Below, piece after piece: positions 9,432-18,585 of a stretch of 64,000 nucleotides of DNA. The notes under the pieces are model-generated. The model did no database searches. It had not been told where the DNA came from and saw nothing but the letters and a program-made list of their open reading frames with translations. The stretch lies in the IMG/VR virus record IMGVR_UViG_3300022555_000024, positions 48,340-112,339 of that record, one strand, 5' to 3'. Made by a program: the position numbers and the translations under genes. Every line of letters starts with the position of its first letter. Within the stretch, counting starts at the first letter, position 1. The stretch is from a virus.

Positions 9432-10322
9432 ATGAAAACGTATAAACATTTATTAGAAGAAATATCAATGTTTGAAAATAATGGTGAAGGTGGTGGAACT
9501 TGGAAAGATGGTATTTGGAGAGGTGGCACTTGGTTAGGCGGCACCTGGAAATACGGAATTTGGAAAGATGGAATTTGGAAAGACGGAATTTGGAAAGACG
9601 GAATTTGGAAAGATGGAACATGGAAACGCGGAGTATGGAGTGGCGGTACTTGGAAAGATGGAACTTGGATTAGTGGCACTTGGAAAGGCGGAAATTGGTG
9701 GGACGGTACTTGGAAAGGTGGCATCTGGGAAAATGGTACTTGGAATAAAGGAACTTGGATTAGTGGCACTTGGAAAGGTGGAACATGGTTTGACGGTATC
9801 TGGAACGGCGGAACATGGGAAAAGGGTATTTGGAAAGGTGGAACATTGGAACGCGGTGATTGGTGGGACGGTACTTGGCAAGGTGGTACTTGGAAAGATG
9901 GCACTTGGAAAGGCGGAACCTGGCAATACGGGCTTTGGCGAAATGGCAAATGGAATGGTGGCAAATGGAATGGTGGAACCTGGGAAGGCGGAACCTGGGA
10001 AGGCGGTACCTGGGAAGGCGGAACCTGGGAAAAGGGTATTTGGAAAGGTGGAACATGGGAACGCGGTGATTGGTGGGACGGTACTTGGCAAGGTGGCACT
10101 TGGAAAGGCGGCATCTGGAAAGGTGGAACATGGGAACGCGGTGATTGGTGGGACGGTATCTGGAAAGGCGGCACTTGGGAACGCGGCATCTGGAAAGGAG
10201 GTGATTGGTGGGACGGTACTTGGGAAGGCGGAGATTGGTGGGGTGGTTATGATAAATACGGCCGTTATCATGCAGCAGGCGATTCACCGGATAAATGGAA
10301 ACTAAAAAACAAACTAAAATGA
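9432..10322 (+). CDS. GxWxx-repeat family protein 2 (CTS + about 50 repeats, no WCT domain)
   Basis: MKTYKHLLEE start, nearly pure GxWxx repeat, same GDSPDKWKLK cap. Confidence 0.88.
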   Translation: MKTYKHLLEEISMFENNGEGGGTWKDGIWRGGTWLGGTWKYGIWKDGIWKDGIWKDGIWKDGTWKRGVWSGGTWKDGTWISGTWKGGNWWDGTWKGGIWENGTWNKGTWISGTWKGGTWFDGIWNGGTWEKGIWKGGTLERGDWWDGTWQGGTWKDGTWKGGTWQYGLWRNGKWNGGKWNGGTWEGGTWEGGTWEGGTWEKGIWKGGTWERGDWWDGTWQGGTWKGGIWKGGTWERGDWWDGIWKGGTWERGIWKGGDWWDGTWEGGDWWGGYDKYGRYHAAGDSPDKWKLKNKLK

Positions 10323-10597
10323 AAACGTATAAAGAATTTCGTACAGAAATAGGGTCTAAAACTTGGGACGATATTGCTGAAAATCCTAAATTAGTAGGAC
10401 ATATTCCTAGTAATATAAATAAAGAAATTTTAGATGATCCTAAAGATAGAAAATATTTGAAGTCTATTGGAAAAGCAAGGTTAAAGAAAGCAGAAGATCA
10501 ATGGAAAAAGATTATAGATGATCCAGAAGAAGTAGGTAGTATTCCAAGTAACTATCCTGGGAAATTTAAAGGTGGTAATTTTGCAAACACAATTTGA
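10319..10597 (+). CDS. small CTS-bearing protein with internal duplication
   Basis: MKTYKEFRTE start; W..I...P..VG.IPSN occurs twice. Confidence 0.7.
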   Translation: MKTYKEFRTEIGSKTWDDIAENPKLVGHIPSNINKEILDDPKDRKYLKSIGKARLKKAEDQWKKIIDDPEEVGSIPSNYPGKFKGGNFANTI

Positions 10598-11718
10598 TGA
10601 AATCATTCAAGACATACATAACGGAGAAGAAGGACCATCTTATAGATAAGCTAGCGATTACCGATCACCAGAAGAAGGAATTGAAGTCGTTTTTTGCAAA
10701 GAAGCCAAACCTAGAGAACAAGATTGACTGGCAAAAGAAGGGCCTGGCATTTGCCGATTTTGCAGATGTCATGGCCACGACGAAGACCGAAAGAACTAGG
10801 ATGGTAAAGAAGCAGGGTATTGCCGGGCTCAAAGATGGCAAGGATTATCTTGAATTGAAGTCACCTGCAGATTTTCCATTCCATGCCTACATCCCACTTA
10901 CCTGGGAAGCTAGCAAACTAATCGCATCAAACAAGATAGGTAACGGAACAGCCAAGTGGTGCACAGCACACCACAGCTTATATAAACATTGGTATGAATA
11001 TGCCGAGAATTTTCGTGTTCTCATTTATCTCATAGGAAAAGATACCAAAATAGCAATGGTACTAGATGGTAATTATATAGATGATGTTTATGATATAGAA
11101 GACAATATCACCACGGTTAAACCAGAATACCATACCCTAGTGGATATCAACAAATCTTTAATAAATAAAGCCAGGGGTATTATAGAGAAAGGTTTAAAGG
11201 ACAGAGTTTGGGATGGAGGCACGTGGCTAGGCGGCACTTGGACTGGTAGATTATGGAAAGATGGAACATGGTATCGCGGAACCTGGGAAGCCGGAATTTG
11301 GAAAGATGGAATTTGGAAAGACGGAATTTGGAAAGACGGAATTTGGAAAGATGGAACATGGGAAGCCGGCCTCTGGGAACGCGGAGATTGGTTGGGTGGA
11401 ACTTGGAAAGGCGGAGTCTGGGAAGATGGTGTTTGGGCCAGAGGTAGATGGGAAAGTGGTATTTGGCGAGGCGGCACTTGGGAAGACGGTCATTGGTATA
11501 GTGGCACTTGGATTAGTGGCACTTGGTTGGACGGCACTTGGGACGGCGGAACCTGGCGAAATGGCAACTGGAAAGGAGGTGATTGGTGGGACGGCACTTG
11601 GGAACGCGGTACCTGGAGAGGTGGCACTTGGTTAGGCGGCACCTGGTATGGTGGTTATGACATAGATGGCAATTATCATGTAGCGGGCGATTCACCAGAT
11701 AAATGGAAACTAAAATGA
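10597..11718 (+). CDS. GxWxx-repeat family protein 3
   Basis: Near-identical N-domain to 7691..8827; about 30 repeats in a different order. Confidence 0.9.
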   Translation: MKSFKTYITEKKDHLIDKLAITDHQKKELKSFFAKKPNLENKIDWQKKGLAFADFADVMATTKTERTRMVKKQGIAGLKDGKDYLELKSPADFPFHAYIPLTWEASKLIASNKIGNGTAKWCTAHHSLYKHWYEYAENFRVLIYLIGKDTKIAMVLDGNYIDDVYDIEDNITTVKPEYHTLVDINKSLINKARGIIEKGLKDRVWDGGTWLGGTWTGRLWKDGTWYRGTWEAGIWKDGIWKDGIWKDGIWKDGTWEAGLWERGDWLGGTWKGGVWEDGVWARGRWESGIWRGGTWEDGHWYSGTWISGTWLDGTWDGGTWRNGNWKGGDWWDGTWERGTWRGGTWLGGTWYGGYDIDGNYHVAGDSPDKWKLK

Positions 11719-12403
11719 AATCATTCAAGACGTGCATAACGGAGAAGAAGGATCACCTGATAGATAAATTGAAAATGACTGATTTTGAAAAAGCACAATT
11801 AAAAGACTTTTTCAAAAGGAAACCAAACCTAGAAAACAAGATTGACTGGCAAAAGAAAGATCTGGCCTTTAAGGATTTTGCGGATGTCATGTCCACAACG
11901 AAGACCGAAAGAACCAGGGCAGTCAGGAAGTCTGGCATCACAGGTCTCAAGAAAGGCATAGACTATCTAGAGGTCAAAACTCCAGCAGATTCGCCGTTCC
12001 AGGCCTACATCCCACTTACCTGGAAGCTAGCAAACTAATTGCATCCAACAAGATAGGACCCTGTACAGGTGAATGGTGCATATCTCATCATAGTGAAAAC
12101 AATGATTGGAATGTATATACAAAAGAAGGAGATGTATTTATTATGCTTATAGGACAAAGAACAAAATTAGCAATAAAAATAAATAAAAAAGATGTATTTC
12201 ATGTCTGGGATAGTGATGATAATCACTTAATTAAACATAATAGAGTTTGGGACTCAAACATATTTGGTGATAGTGCTGGTCATCATTTAGATATAGATAA
12301 ATTAATATCGGATAATAAGAATATTATAGATAATGCAAGAAAAATTGTAACACCTCAGATTAGAACAACTCCGATAAGAATTACACCTTATTTTGAGATA
12401 TAA
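11715..12403 (+). pseudogene. WCT-domain family member without Trp repeats; 1-nt frameshift at about 12021
   Basis: acctggaagct versus acctgggaagct in paralogues; adding one G reads TWEASKLIASNKIGPCTGEWCISHH and joins ORF 12143..12403; may be a sequencing error. Confidence 0.75.
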
Positions 12404-12692
12404 CGAAGATAGTACTATCAATGAAGTAGATTATCCACGTGCAATAGAAGAATGTATAGATCTCGGCTTGGGTTGGAGATTACCTACATATGATGAACTT
12501 AATAAATTGCGTTTGATATATCAAAATACCGATATTGTTGATAATTTTGATTTGCATCCATATGGTTTGTATTGGTCTTCGTCTTATGATAATAAAAGAC
12601 AATCTGTTAGATGTATTATAATGCGGGGTGTAGTTGAATGGTCTAATATAACAATGGGTTTAGCTAGAGTAAGAGCAGTAAGAAGTGTCTAA
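12393..12692 (+). CDS. DUF1566/Lcl-C-like domain protein
   Basis: GWRLPTYDEL...YWSSS...ARVRAVR. Confidence 0.7.
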   Translation: MRYNEDSTINEVDYPRAIEECIDLGLGWRLPTYDELNKLRLIYQNTDIVDNFDLHPYGLYWSSSYDNKRQSVRCIIMRGVVEWSNITMGLARVRAVRSV

Positions 12693-12720
12693 ATCACTAA
12701 TTTTTTGTTATATTTTTATT

Positions 12721-13764
12721 ATGAATTACATTGATCAAAAATTTATTTCTACTCTATCTTCACGTTTAGAAGGATTTCATAGAGTTGGCGCGAATGTGAA
12801 TTTTCGATGTCCAGTATGTGGGGACTCAAAGGAAAATAAATCAAAACGAAGAGGTTGGCTTCTAGCAGGAAAATCTCATCCCGTATTTTTCTGTCATAAT
12901 TGCCCAGTATCTATGTCTTTTAGCAACTTTATAAAATTTATAGATCCAACTCTTTATAGGGAATATATTTTTGAGCTTATGCAGGAGAAAAATCAATCTT
13001 CTCCAGAAAAAACAGTACAAAAAGTAAAGGTAGAAATAGAAGAAATACCAGAAGTAAATGATTATATAAAAGATTTTTTAGATGCATTTACACCAATTTT
13101 ATCTTTACAAGAAGATCATCCAGCAAGAACGTATCTTCTTGATAGAAAAATACCAGAAGATAAACTAAAATATTTATATTTTGCAGAAAATATGCAAGAT
13201 GTACATAAGATTGATAAATTAGGGAAGTATAAAAAAAGAATCTTAGATAAAGATTCTAGAATTATTCTTCCAATATGGGGTAAAAATTCTCTTATAGGAA
13301 TATCATGTAGATCATTAGATCCTTGTTCTTCAAAAAGATATCTAATCTATAAGTTTGAGGAAGAAATGCCTCTTGTTTTCGGACTTTATGATATTAATGG
13401 GAACTTGATAATAGATCCAAAGAAACCTATTATTGTAGTGGAAGGAGCTATAGATTCTCTTTTTCTAGACAATGGTATTTCTGTAAATGGGGCGGACTTA
13501 AAGAGAGTTATGAAAATGCTTTCGGGTTTGCAATTAATTTTTAGTCCAGATAATGAACCCCGCAATAAACAAATTTGTAAAGTGTATAAGCAAATAATTC
13601 AATCTAATAACAATATTGTCATTTTTCCAGATTTTATAGAACAGAAGGACATTAATGATATGGTAAAGAATATGGGACTTGATAAAGTAAAAGAATTGAT
13701 AAATAGTAGTATATATAAAGGACCTGCAAGTATGTTAAGGTTCAATTCATGGAAGAAATGTTAA
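12721..13764 (+). CDS. 61: DNA primase (T4 gp61-like)
   Basis: NFRCPVCGDS...FFCHNC zinc finger, VEGAIDSLFL TOPRIM, DNEPRN, KDINDM. Confidence 0.93.
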   Translation: MNYIDQKFISTLSSRLEGFHRVGANVNFRCPVCGDSKENKSKRRGWLLAGKSHPVFFCHNCPVSMSFSNFIKFIDPTLYREYIFELMQEKNQSSPEKTVQKVKVEIEEIPEVNDYIKDFLDAFTPILSLQEDHPARTYLLDRKIPEDKLKYLYFAENMQDVHKIDKLGKYKKRILDKDSRIILPIWGKNSLIGISCRSLDPCSSKRYLIYKFEEEMPLVFGLYDINGNLIIDPKKPIIVVEGAIDSLFLDNGISVNGADLKRVMKMLSGLQLIFSPDNEPRNKQICKVYKQIIQSNNNIVIFPDFIEQKDINDMVKNMGLDKVKELINSSIYKGPASMLRFNSWKKC

Positions 13765-13774
13765 TAACATAAAA

Positions 13775-13993
13775 ATGTCAATAATAACACCACCCGAAGA
13801 ACAACAAATTAGGATGCAGATTTGTAAAACCTGTTCTAATTTTAATCCAATAGGCAAGCGATGTAAACTTTGCGGATGTATAATGCCAGTAAAAAGTAGA
13901 TTGGCTTCAGCTACATGCAAAATAGGTCTTTGGAAAAATCCTGAAGTAGTAGAAAATGCGAAGGAAAGTATAAAAAGAGATTATATGGGTTAA
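13775..13993 (+). CDS. small Cys-rich protein
   Basis: CKTC...CKLCGC.M.VK...C..G.W. Confidence 0.7.
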   Translation: MSIITPPEEQQIRMQICKTCSNFNPIGKRCKLCGCIMPVKSRLASATCKIGLWKNPEVVENAKESIKRDYMG

Positions 13994-14520
13994 GTACATC
14001 TTGCTATAAAGAATGCATCTATCAAATCAGAGTAAGGAGACTTCCCGATTTTATTTTCTTTGGGAACTAATTTAATTTTAGTTTGTTCTTCAAATGCCGT
14101 ATTCATAATGATTTTGTTAGCGTTTCCTTTACCAGAAGCAAATTTTTTTATAGTGCCAGGTGATAGTATATTATATTCTATATGATTTTTATGTAACAAA
14201 TACTTTAAGATTCCAGTATGTTCTGCTATAGTGAAAACTCTACCAGATGCAGCAAACGCATACCCTTCTAAATTTACACTTTTAATATTATATTCAATCA
14301 GTTTATTAATAAAAAACATAGCAATAGTTTCAAATCTTGTTATATCTGTTTCATAATCTATTGGAAGTTCCTCTACAGTTATATTTGAAAATGTTCTAAG
14401 ATGATCAGAATCTTTTGATTCCTTTGTCATAGTAAAGAGTTTACATTCTTCAAAAGAACCATTACCAATACATAATGCCGGTCCACTTATTGAATAATCA
14501 ATTCCTGCAGAAATATACAT
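13990..14520 (-). CDS. RuvC-like Holliday junction resolvase/nuclease
   Basis: GIDYS, EGYAF, IKKFASGKGNANK, SDLIDAFF; the only clear minus-strand gene. Confidence 0.8.
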   Translation of the reverse strand: MYISAGIDYSISGPALCIGNGSFEECKLFTMTKESKDSDHLRTFSNITVEELPIDYETDITRFETIAMFFINKLIEYNIKSVNLEGYAFAASGRVFTIAEHTGILKYLLHKNHIEYNILSPGTIKKFASGKGNANKIIMNTAFEEQTKIKLVPKENKIGKSPYSDLIDAFFIARCT

Positions 14521-14563
14521 AAATATTTTTAATTTTTTATTATTTATAACAAAAATCAATATT

Positions 14564-14974
14564 ATGTTCGAAGAACCAGCAAAATTTAAACTAGTATATG
14601 AAGTTCCCAGTGTAGAAAGCATATATTCATTTATAGTTAAAACTTCTTCTTATAATGTATATTTCAAACATATAGGGAATAATGTATATACTTCTAATTT
14701 TTTATTATATAGTCATAATGGTGAAATATTGATTACTATGGATAAGATAGATGTCGGCTTAGATGTTTCTATAGTTGTGTTTATAACATTCATAAATATA
14801 ATGAAAGATTTTGCTTCTAGAATAAACCCTAGCGCAATAGAATTTAGAGCAAATGATGCAGATAGTGAGAAACGAGCGTCTTTATATAAAACATTAACAA
14901 AGAAATTTATACCAGATGAGTATGAATTTTCTACAGTTTACATAATAACACCAAAAAATAAAATACATGAATAA
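14564..14974 (+). CDS. paralogue of 62891/63328 family
   Basis: VFITF..I.KDF.....P..I.F.A...R.SLY....KKFIP..YE shared with 63328..63771. Confidence 0.7.
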   Translation: MFEEPAKFKLVYEVPSVESIYSFIVKTSSYNVYFKHIGNNVYTSNFLLYSHNGEILITMDKIDVGLDVSIVVFITFINIMKDFASRINPSAIEFRANDADSEKRASLYKTLTKKFIPDEYEFSTVYIITPKNKIHE

Positions 14975-15932
14975 GTTATCAAAAAATGAAGTCAATGCAA
15001 CAGCAAGAGGCGGTTCTGAGTTACAAGCAGAGTATTTACAAAAATATGTTGCAAAAGAACTTCTAGATCAATTTCAAATAATAATAACAAGAGTTAGAGA
15101 ACTCGAAGACAAACCACGTTTACTCTGGTGTAAGGAAGTTGTTTCTGAACCAGAATCTCAGAGGTTAAAAGAACCTGCATTCCGTGATAATTTTAGATAT
15201 ATCATACACAATTCTGATTATCAGAGAAATCAGTTTAGAGATTATCTTGGAGTTCCATTTGAAAAATCACACGTCTTGAAAAATGCAATAGAACCATCGA
15301 ATATAGACATTTCTAAAAAATTTTTTCCAGAGAAGGTAAAACTTATTTATTCTTCTACTCCACAAAGGGGCCTTAATATTTTATATTCTGTTTTTGACGA
15401 GCTTTATAAGGATGACAAAAACATAGAACTAAATGTGTATTCTTCTTTTGATATCTATGGTCATCATGAAAGAAATAAACCATTTTTGCCACTGTTTGAT
15501 CAATGTAAATCTCATCCAGGGATAAATTATTATGGTTCAGTTTCTCATGAAGAATTGAAAGATGCTACAAAAGAAAATCACATTTTAGCATACCCTTCAA
15601 TCTGGGAAGAAAGTAGTTGCACTACTATCATGGAAAACATGAGTGCAGGAAATCTTATAGTGACTAATAACTTAGGAGCATTGCCCGAAACCAGTGCAGG
15701 TTTCTCCTTAATGTATGATTATCAATCTAACCTTAATCTACACGCACAGAATTTCTATAATACGTTAAAAGAAGGTATTGACAGTATAAGGGGCAACGGG
15801 ATAGGAAAAAAAATAAATGGAATGAGTATTACTAGCCTTTTAGAAGAACAAAAAAAATACGCAGACATTTTCTATAATTGGGAATTCAGAGGGCAACAAT
15901 GGACAGAATTCTTAACTAAATTGTTAAAATGA
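14967..15932 (+). CDS. GT-B (GT4-like) glycosyltransferase
   Basis: GGSE, YSSTPQRGL, YPSIWEESSC...E.MSAG...GALPET. Confidence 0.85.
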   Translation: MNKLSKNEVNATARGGSELQAEYLQKYVAKELLDQFQIIITRVRELEDKPRLLWCKEVVSEPESQRLKEPAFRDNFRYIIHNSDYQRNQFRDYLGVPFEKSHVLKNAIEPSNIDISKKFFPEKVKLIYSSTPQRGLNILYSVFDELYKDDKNIELNVYSSFDIYGHHERNKPFLPLFDQCKSHPGINYYGSVSHEELKDATKENHILAYPSIWEESSCTTIMENMSAGNLIVTNNLGALPETSAGFSLMYDYQSNLNLHAQNFYNTLKEGIDSIRGNGIGKKINGMSITSLLEEQKKYADIFYNWEFRGQQWTEFLTKLLK

Positions 15933-16192
15933 AAATATACAGCACACTTATAACGGAACTTTATAATACACCCAGCCAGTTACAATATACATATAAATCA
16001 GAAAAGGCTGTTAGTACAAAAGATACACACCCCGACTCTAGAACATCTTTGTATATAAAAATGGCAAAAAGTTTACCCCTGATAACTATGAACTTAGTAT
16101 CGAAGATGAGGGTTGGAGAAGTATATTTATTTTTACAAGAGTTAAAAAATAGTTTCATAGTTAGTAGAAAATGTTTATATTATTCTATCTGA
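15929..16192 (+). CDS. truncated/internally deleted member of the ITELF family
   Basis: MKIYSTLITELY start, RTSLYIKMAK motif. Confidence 0.45.
   Translation: MKIYSTLITELYNTPSQLQYTYKSEKAVSTKDTHPDSRTSLYIKMAKSLPLITMNLVSKMRVGEVYLFLQELKNSFIVSRKCLYYSI
16152..16181 (+). promoter_or_regulatory. putative early promoter GTTTCATAGTTA...TATATT
   Basis: TTTCAT-17nt-TATATT; recurs at 28705, 35473, 38513 upstream of gene starts. Confidence 0.7.
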
Positions 16193-16529
16193 AAAACTAA
16201 ACAAAAGGAACTACACATTGAAAAACACCACATTTGCAGGATTTTACAATTATCAGCAGAACGATCTTCCTATGACAAAGATGATCTCCAATGAGGAAAA
16301 TTTCAAAGATGTCGTCTCTGCACTTCAGGAACACTCCTATGAGCATCAAAAACAGTTTTCTAATTATCACATATCGGAATATGTTGATATGCCTAATGGT
16401 AGCCGTGAGAAAGTAAAACAGTTTGATCTTGGTTCTTACAGGTTCTGATAAAATAATTAAAAATATTTTTTTTGTTAATGAAAAATAATTATATTGTATT
16501 ATCTGAATAACTAAAATTATATTTATATC

Positions 16530-17693
16530 ATGGAAATACAGGCATTTGAACAGCAATTGATTGAGAAATTTGGCGGCGAAACAGTAACTAACAAAATGCT
16601 TCGTGAAGCATTTGGAAAAACGAACAAAAATTGGTATAATTATTTGCGTGCATATCGGCCAGAAACTGTTGTTGCGCGTGGATCATTTAGTATTCCAATG
16701 GAATTTGATATGGTTATTCCAACAACCCGTCAGAAAAAGGTTACTGTAACAAAAACAAAGCCAACCGCAAATTTATCACCAGAGATCTGTAGTACTGATG
16801 TTGCAGAAACTACATTCGGAGTCATTCCTGATATAGATCCTCTTTATGTACCATTCGGGTTTCACGCCTCTCTCAAAAAAATATTGAAGAAAAACTTTTT
16901 TTATCCAATATTTATCACCGGGCTTTCAGGAAACGGTAAAACAAAAAGTGTAGAGCAAGCTTGTGCAGAAATCTCAAGAAAACTGTATCGTGTTAATATT
17001 ACAGTTGAGACAGATGAAGATGATCTTATTGGTGGATTTAGACTTTTTGACGGAAATACCGTGTTTGAGCATGGACCTGTTATTAATGCAATGAAAGATG
17101 GAGCAGTGTTGCTGCTAGACGAATGTGATCTGGCTAGTTCTAAAATTATGTGTCTGCAGTCTATTCTTGAAGGAGGTTCGTATTATATTAAGAAAACAGG
17201 TGAAACTGTGAAGCCAGCACAGGGATTCACCATTGTAGCTACCGCAAATACCAAAGGACGCGGTTCTGAAGATGGTCGATTTGTTGGAACAAACATACTT
17301 AACGAAGCTTTCTTGGAGAGGTTTGTTATTACAGTTGAACAGGAATATCCTTCATCTATTGTAGAGAAGAATATTTTGACAAAACTCTTTACGAAATATG
17401 ATATTGATGACGATGATTTTGCAGACAAACTTACGAAGTGGGCAAAATGCATTCGTGATAGTTTCCTCAATGGATCAATGGATGAAATTATTACTACACG
17501 TCGTTTAGTACATATCGCAAAAACTTATAGCATTTTTTCGAATAAATTGGAATCTATTAAACTATGTCTTGCTAGATTCGATGAACAGTCTAAAATAGCA
17601 TTTTTAGACGCTTATACAAAAATTGATGCTACTGTAACAGAAGAAGAACCTGCGACAGAGAAATGTGAAGAAACAATCGAAACGCCTTTCTAA
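16530..17693 (+). CDS. MoxR/CobS-like AAA+ ATPase
   Basis: GLSGNGKT, DEDDLIGG, LLLDE, TANTKGRGS, NEAFLERF. Confidence 0.88.
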   Translation: MEIQAFEQQLIEKFGGETVTNKMLREAFGKTNKNWYNYLRAYRPETVVARGSFSIPMEFDMVIPTTRQKKVTVTKTKPTANLSPEICSTDVAETTFGVIPDIDPLYVPFGFHASLKKILKKNFFYPIFITGLSGNGKTKSVEQACAEISRKLYRVNITVETDEDDLIGGFRLFDGNTVFEHGPVINAMKDGAVLLLDECDLASSKIMCLQSILEGGSYYIKKTGETVKPAQGFTIVATANTKGRGSEDGRFVGTNILNEAFLERFVITVEQEYPSSIVEKNILTKLFTKYDIDDDDFADKLTKWAKCIRDSFLNGSMDEIITTRRLVHIAKTYSIFSNKLESIKLCLARFDEQSKIAFLDAYTKIDATVTEEEPATEKCEETIETPF

Positions 17694-17728
17694 TAATATC
17701 TATACATACTATATAGAAAAGGGTTCGT

Positions 17729-17791
17729 TTTCTTGTGGCGTAATTGGTTAACGCTTTTGTAAATATGCAGGTTCGAATCCTGCCAAGAAAA
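17729..17791 (+). ncRNA. tRNA-like RNA lacking a normal anticodon arm
   Basis: Acceptor TTTCTTG/CAAGAAA, D arm GCGT-AATTGGTTA-ACGC, T arm GCAGG-TTCGAAT-CCTGC; only 12 nt between D and T arms. Confidence 0.7.
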
Positions 17792-17900
17792 CAAAAATAT
17801 TTTAAATGATATAATTGAAAAGGCATTTTTGCAAAGTCTTTATAATATATAGGCGCGAAACATACGCCTAGGTTTAAGTATTAAGTATAAAACTTCATAC

Positions 17901-18152
17901 ATGACAAATTCTGTTATAATAGAACAAGATTTTATAGTAACAAATCCTACTATTAATAGAAAATATCATATATCATGGGCTTCTAGAAAAGGTATGGTAT
18001 GGATATTATTAGGATTTAATGATGAAAGAGCATATTTAATGACTCCTAAAACAAAAAAGTCTATAAGTTGTAGATTGAACGAATTAAGAGAAATTAATTA
18101 TTATGCTCAAATAAACGCGAGTAAAAGAGAAAAGAATACTTCCAACAAATAA
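17901..18152 (+). CDS. hypothetical protein
   Basis: ORF track, same strand as neighbours. Confidence 0.55.
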   Translation: MTNSVIIEQDFIVTNPTINRKYHISWASRKGMVWILLGFNDERAYLMTPKTKKSISCRLNELREINYYAQINASKREKNTSNK

Positions 18153-18357
18153 TTTTATAAACTAGTAAAAAGATAAAGTTATTCCATATGAATTGTAGTT
18201 ATAATAAAATTCAAGATCCGGTTTTTAAAATAGGGGATAAAGTTATTCTTATTAGTAATGAATATGAATATGAGATAATAAATATTACTTATGATTGGCA
18301 AGGATACAGATACATTTTATTGGGTGGTTTGCATGTATATGAATCTCATTTAAAAAA

Positions 18358-18430
18358 GGCCTTATAGCTCAACTGGTTAGAGCAGTAGACTGTCGATCTA
18401 CAGGTTTGGAGTTCGATTCTCCTAAGGTCG
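18358..18430 (+). tRNA. tRNA-Asp (GTC)
   Basis: GGCCTTA/TAAGGTC-G; GCTC/GAGC D stem; GTAGA-CTGTCGA-TCTAC anticodon arm; 4-bp T stem. Confidence 0.85.
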
Positions 18431-18585
18431 CTAATAAATCCCTCCATCAAACATCTCAATTATCGAGAGAGTTAATGTTATTCAAAATTTTATAATTTCA
18501 AGTTTATTCAAGTAATAAAATTATTTTTACTTTTAAAGAAAAATGGTTATATTATACTATATGAATAACTAAACAATATTATATT

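Noticed and set aside
9490-10250. Repeat region as a CRISPR array
   Set aside because: No constant repeat with unique spacers; it is an in-frame coding repeat, and no cas genes are present
8182-10305. Long alternative-frame and antisense ORFs over the Trp repeats (QVPP.., PSA.., GK.. peptides); also at 11088-11737 and 60906-62904
   Set aside because: By-products of a stop-poor 15-nt repeat; only the GxWxx frame carries the conserved leader and cap
7691-12403. Paralogues as DGR template/variable repeats
   Set aside because: Differences are block rearrangements and not adenine-specific; no reverse transcriptase in the window
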